Source of the DNA: a virus
Taxonomy: Duplodnaviria; Caudoviricetes
IMG/VR virus record: IMGVR_UViG_3300028533_000484
Location: 64,001-128,000 of that record
DNA length: 64,000 bases
Direction: 5' to 3' (one strand)
The notes below the pieces were generated by a model. It searched no databases. It was not told where the DNA came from and was given only the letters and a program-made list of their open reading frames with translations. The translations under genes and the position numbers were made by a program. Positions 62,781 to 64,000 of this stretch are shown piece by piece. Position 1 is the stretch's first letter. Every line of letters starts with the position of its first letter.

Positions 62781-64000
62781 ATGCAAGTAAGTTTTACATC
62801 TTGGCAAGGTAAAGGAAATGTTACTGGTTCCAAACATGCAATTTCTGTTGGAAATCGTTATATTTTTCTTGATTATGGAATTTGGCAAGGTAATCAGGAT
62901 TTAGAGCTTAAAAACGAGCACTATAAAAGTCCTGTAAATCCTAATCAAATTGATGCTGTCTTACTTTCTCATGCACATGCCGATCACTGTGCTTTGTTAC
63001 CTCTCTTAATACAAGATGGTTACAAAGGAAGTATTTATTGCACATCTGCAACTAGGGACTTAGCTTCAGTTGTGCTTATGGATTCTGCAAAAGTCAGTAA
63101 CTTGTATACAGAACAAGATGTAATAGCTACTTTAGACCATTTCAGGTCTCACGCTTACGAAAAGTGTAAACATGTCAACGACTATTTCAATTATACTGCT
63201 TATAATGCTGGACATATTTTAGGTTCTTCCATGATGGACTTAGAAGTAAAAGCAAAACAATCCTTTTTAGAAAAACTTTTTAGAAAACAACAAAAGCATC
63301 TACACATTCTATTCACAGGTGACCTTGGAAGAAAAAACAATCCTATTGTAAATCCTCCTGCTCAGGATTTTCCAGCACCAGACTACATTTTCATGGAAGC
63401 AACTTATGGAAATAGGTTACACGATGATCTTGAATGTTCGCTAGAAGATTTAGCTGAAATTATAAACGAGACTGTAAATAAAGAAGGAAAAGTAATTATT
63501 CCAACCTTTGCAGTAGAGAGGGCTCAGGAACTGATTTATTACTTAAAAGTTCTAATGCAAAAGAATAAAATTCCAAAAGTGCCTGTTTATGTAGACTCTC
63601 CAATGGCTACGACTGCTACAGGTGTATTCCAGATTCATCCAGAATGTTTTAATCACACAATTAAGGATAGATTCATTTCTCAAAATAAAAATCCATTCTC
63701 GGTAAGTTCTTTGCATATTGTAAAAGATAATCAAGAATCTATAAAATTGGCAAAAAGTAAAAAACCTTGTATTGTAATTGCAGCAAATGGTATGTGTACA
63801 GCTGGTAGAGTTCTTAACCATTTATTCTATGGAATTGAAAACTATAACAATACAATTCTTTTAGTAGGTTATGCTTCTGAAGGAACATTAGCTAGAGAGT
63901 TGATGGATGGAGCTGAGTACATTAACTTAAATACAAAAGAGCTTTTTGTTAAAGCAAATGTAGCAACTATAGGGGCCTTTTCAGCACATGCGGATTACAA
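62781..64000 (+). CDS. metallo-beta-lactamase/beta-CASP ribonuclease, 3'-truncated by window edge (absent from ORF track)
   Basis: AGGAG RBS; VTGS, LDYG, SHAHADH, AGHILGS, FTGDLG, EATYG, FAVERAQE, FSAHAD. Confidence 0.9.
   Translation, partial: MQVSFTSWQGKGNVTGSKHAISVGNRYIFLDYGIWQGNQDLELKNEHYKSPVNPNQIDAVLLSHAHADHCALLPLLIQDGYKGSIYCTSATRDLASVVLMDSAKVSNLYTEQDVIATLDHFRSHAYEKCKHVNDYFNYTAYNAGHILGSSMMDLEVKAKQSFLEKLFRKQQKHLHILFTGDLGRKNNPIVNPPAQDFPAPDYIFMEATYGNRLHDDLECSLEDLAEIINETVNKEGKVIIPTFAVERAQELIYYLKVLMQKNKIPKVPVYVDSPMATTATGVFQIHPECFNHTIKDRFISQNKNPFSVSSLHIVKDNQESIKLAKSKKPCIVIAANGMCTAGRVLNHLFYGIENYNNTILLVGYASEGTLARELMDGAEYINLNTKELFVKANVATIGAFSAHADY

Noticed and set aside
1-64000. Alternative genetic code (TAG/TGA recoding)
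   Set aside because: Conserved genes are full length in code 11, TAG and TGA end genes normally, and no CTA/TCA-anticodon tRNA was found; the TAG and TGA anticodons are Leu and Ser

Overview
AT-rich segment of a large (jumbo-type, T4-like head/baseplate) bacteriophage genome, read with the standard genetic code. It has four parts. (i) 1-12 kb: small early ORFs plus an HD-domain alarmone-hydrolase-like gene, a histidine phosphatase, an M14 amidohydrolase and a long eukaryote-type topoisomerase IB. (ii) 12-28 kb: structural/assembly genes (1670-aa virion protein, GroEL-like chaperonin, gp6-like baseplate wedge, gp20-like portal, acidic head-associated proteins). (iii) 28.3-36.5 kb: an RNA island with 27 tRNA genes that I could fold by eye, a truncated tRNA-Ser replaced by an endonuclease plus new tRNA-Ser cassette, several tRNA-like RNAs with non-functional anticodon arms, repeated structured ncRNAs and an IS200/IS605-like miniature element. 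(iv) 36.5-64 kb: holin-like gene, two thymidine kinases, four ADP-ribosyltransferase-fold proteins, three copies of a convergent two-gene module, two-subunit topoisomerase II, 5'-3' nuclease, dCTP deaminase-like protein and a beta-CASP RNase. The best candidate for an undescribed system is a pair of leader-peptide transcription attenuators (promoter, strong RBS, 36/47-codon ORF, antiterminator overlapping the stop codon, competing intrinsic terminator) directly upstream of tRNA-Tyr and tRNA-Ile at the head of the tRNA array. They would switch on phage tRNA supply when translation stalls. The second candidate is the triplicated late-gene/early-gene convergent module. All calls are by eye; no searches or folding programs were run.
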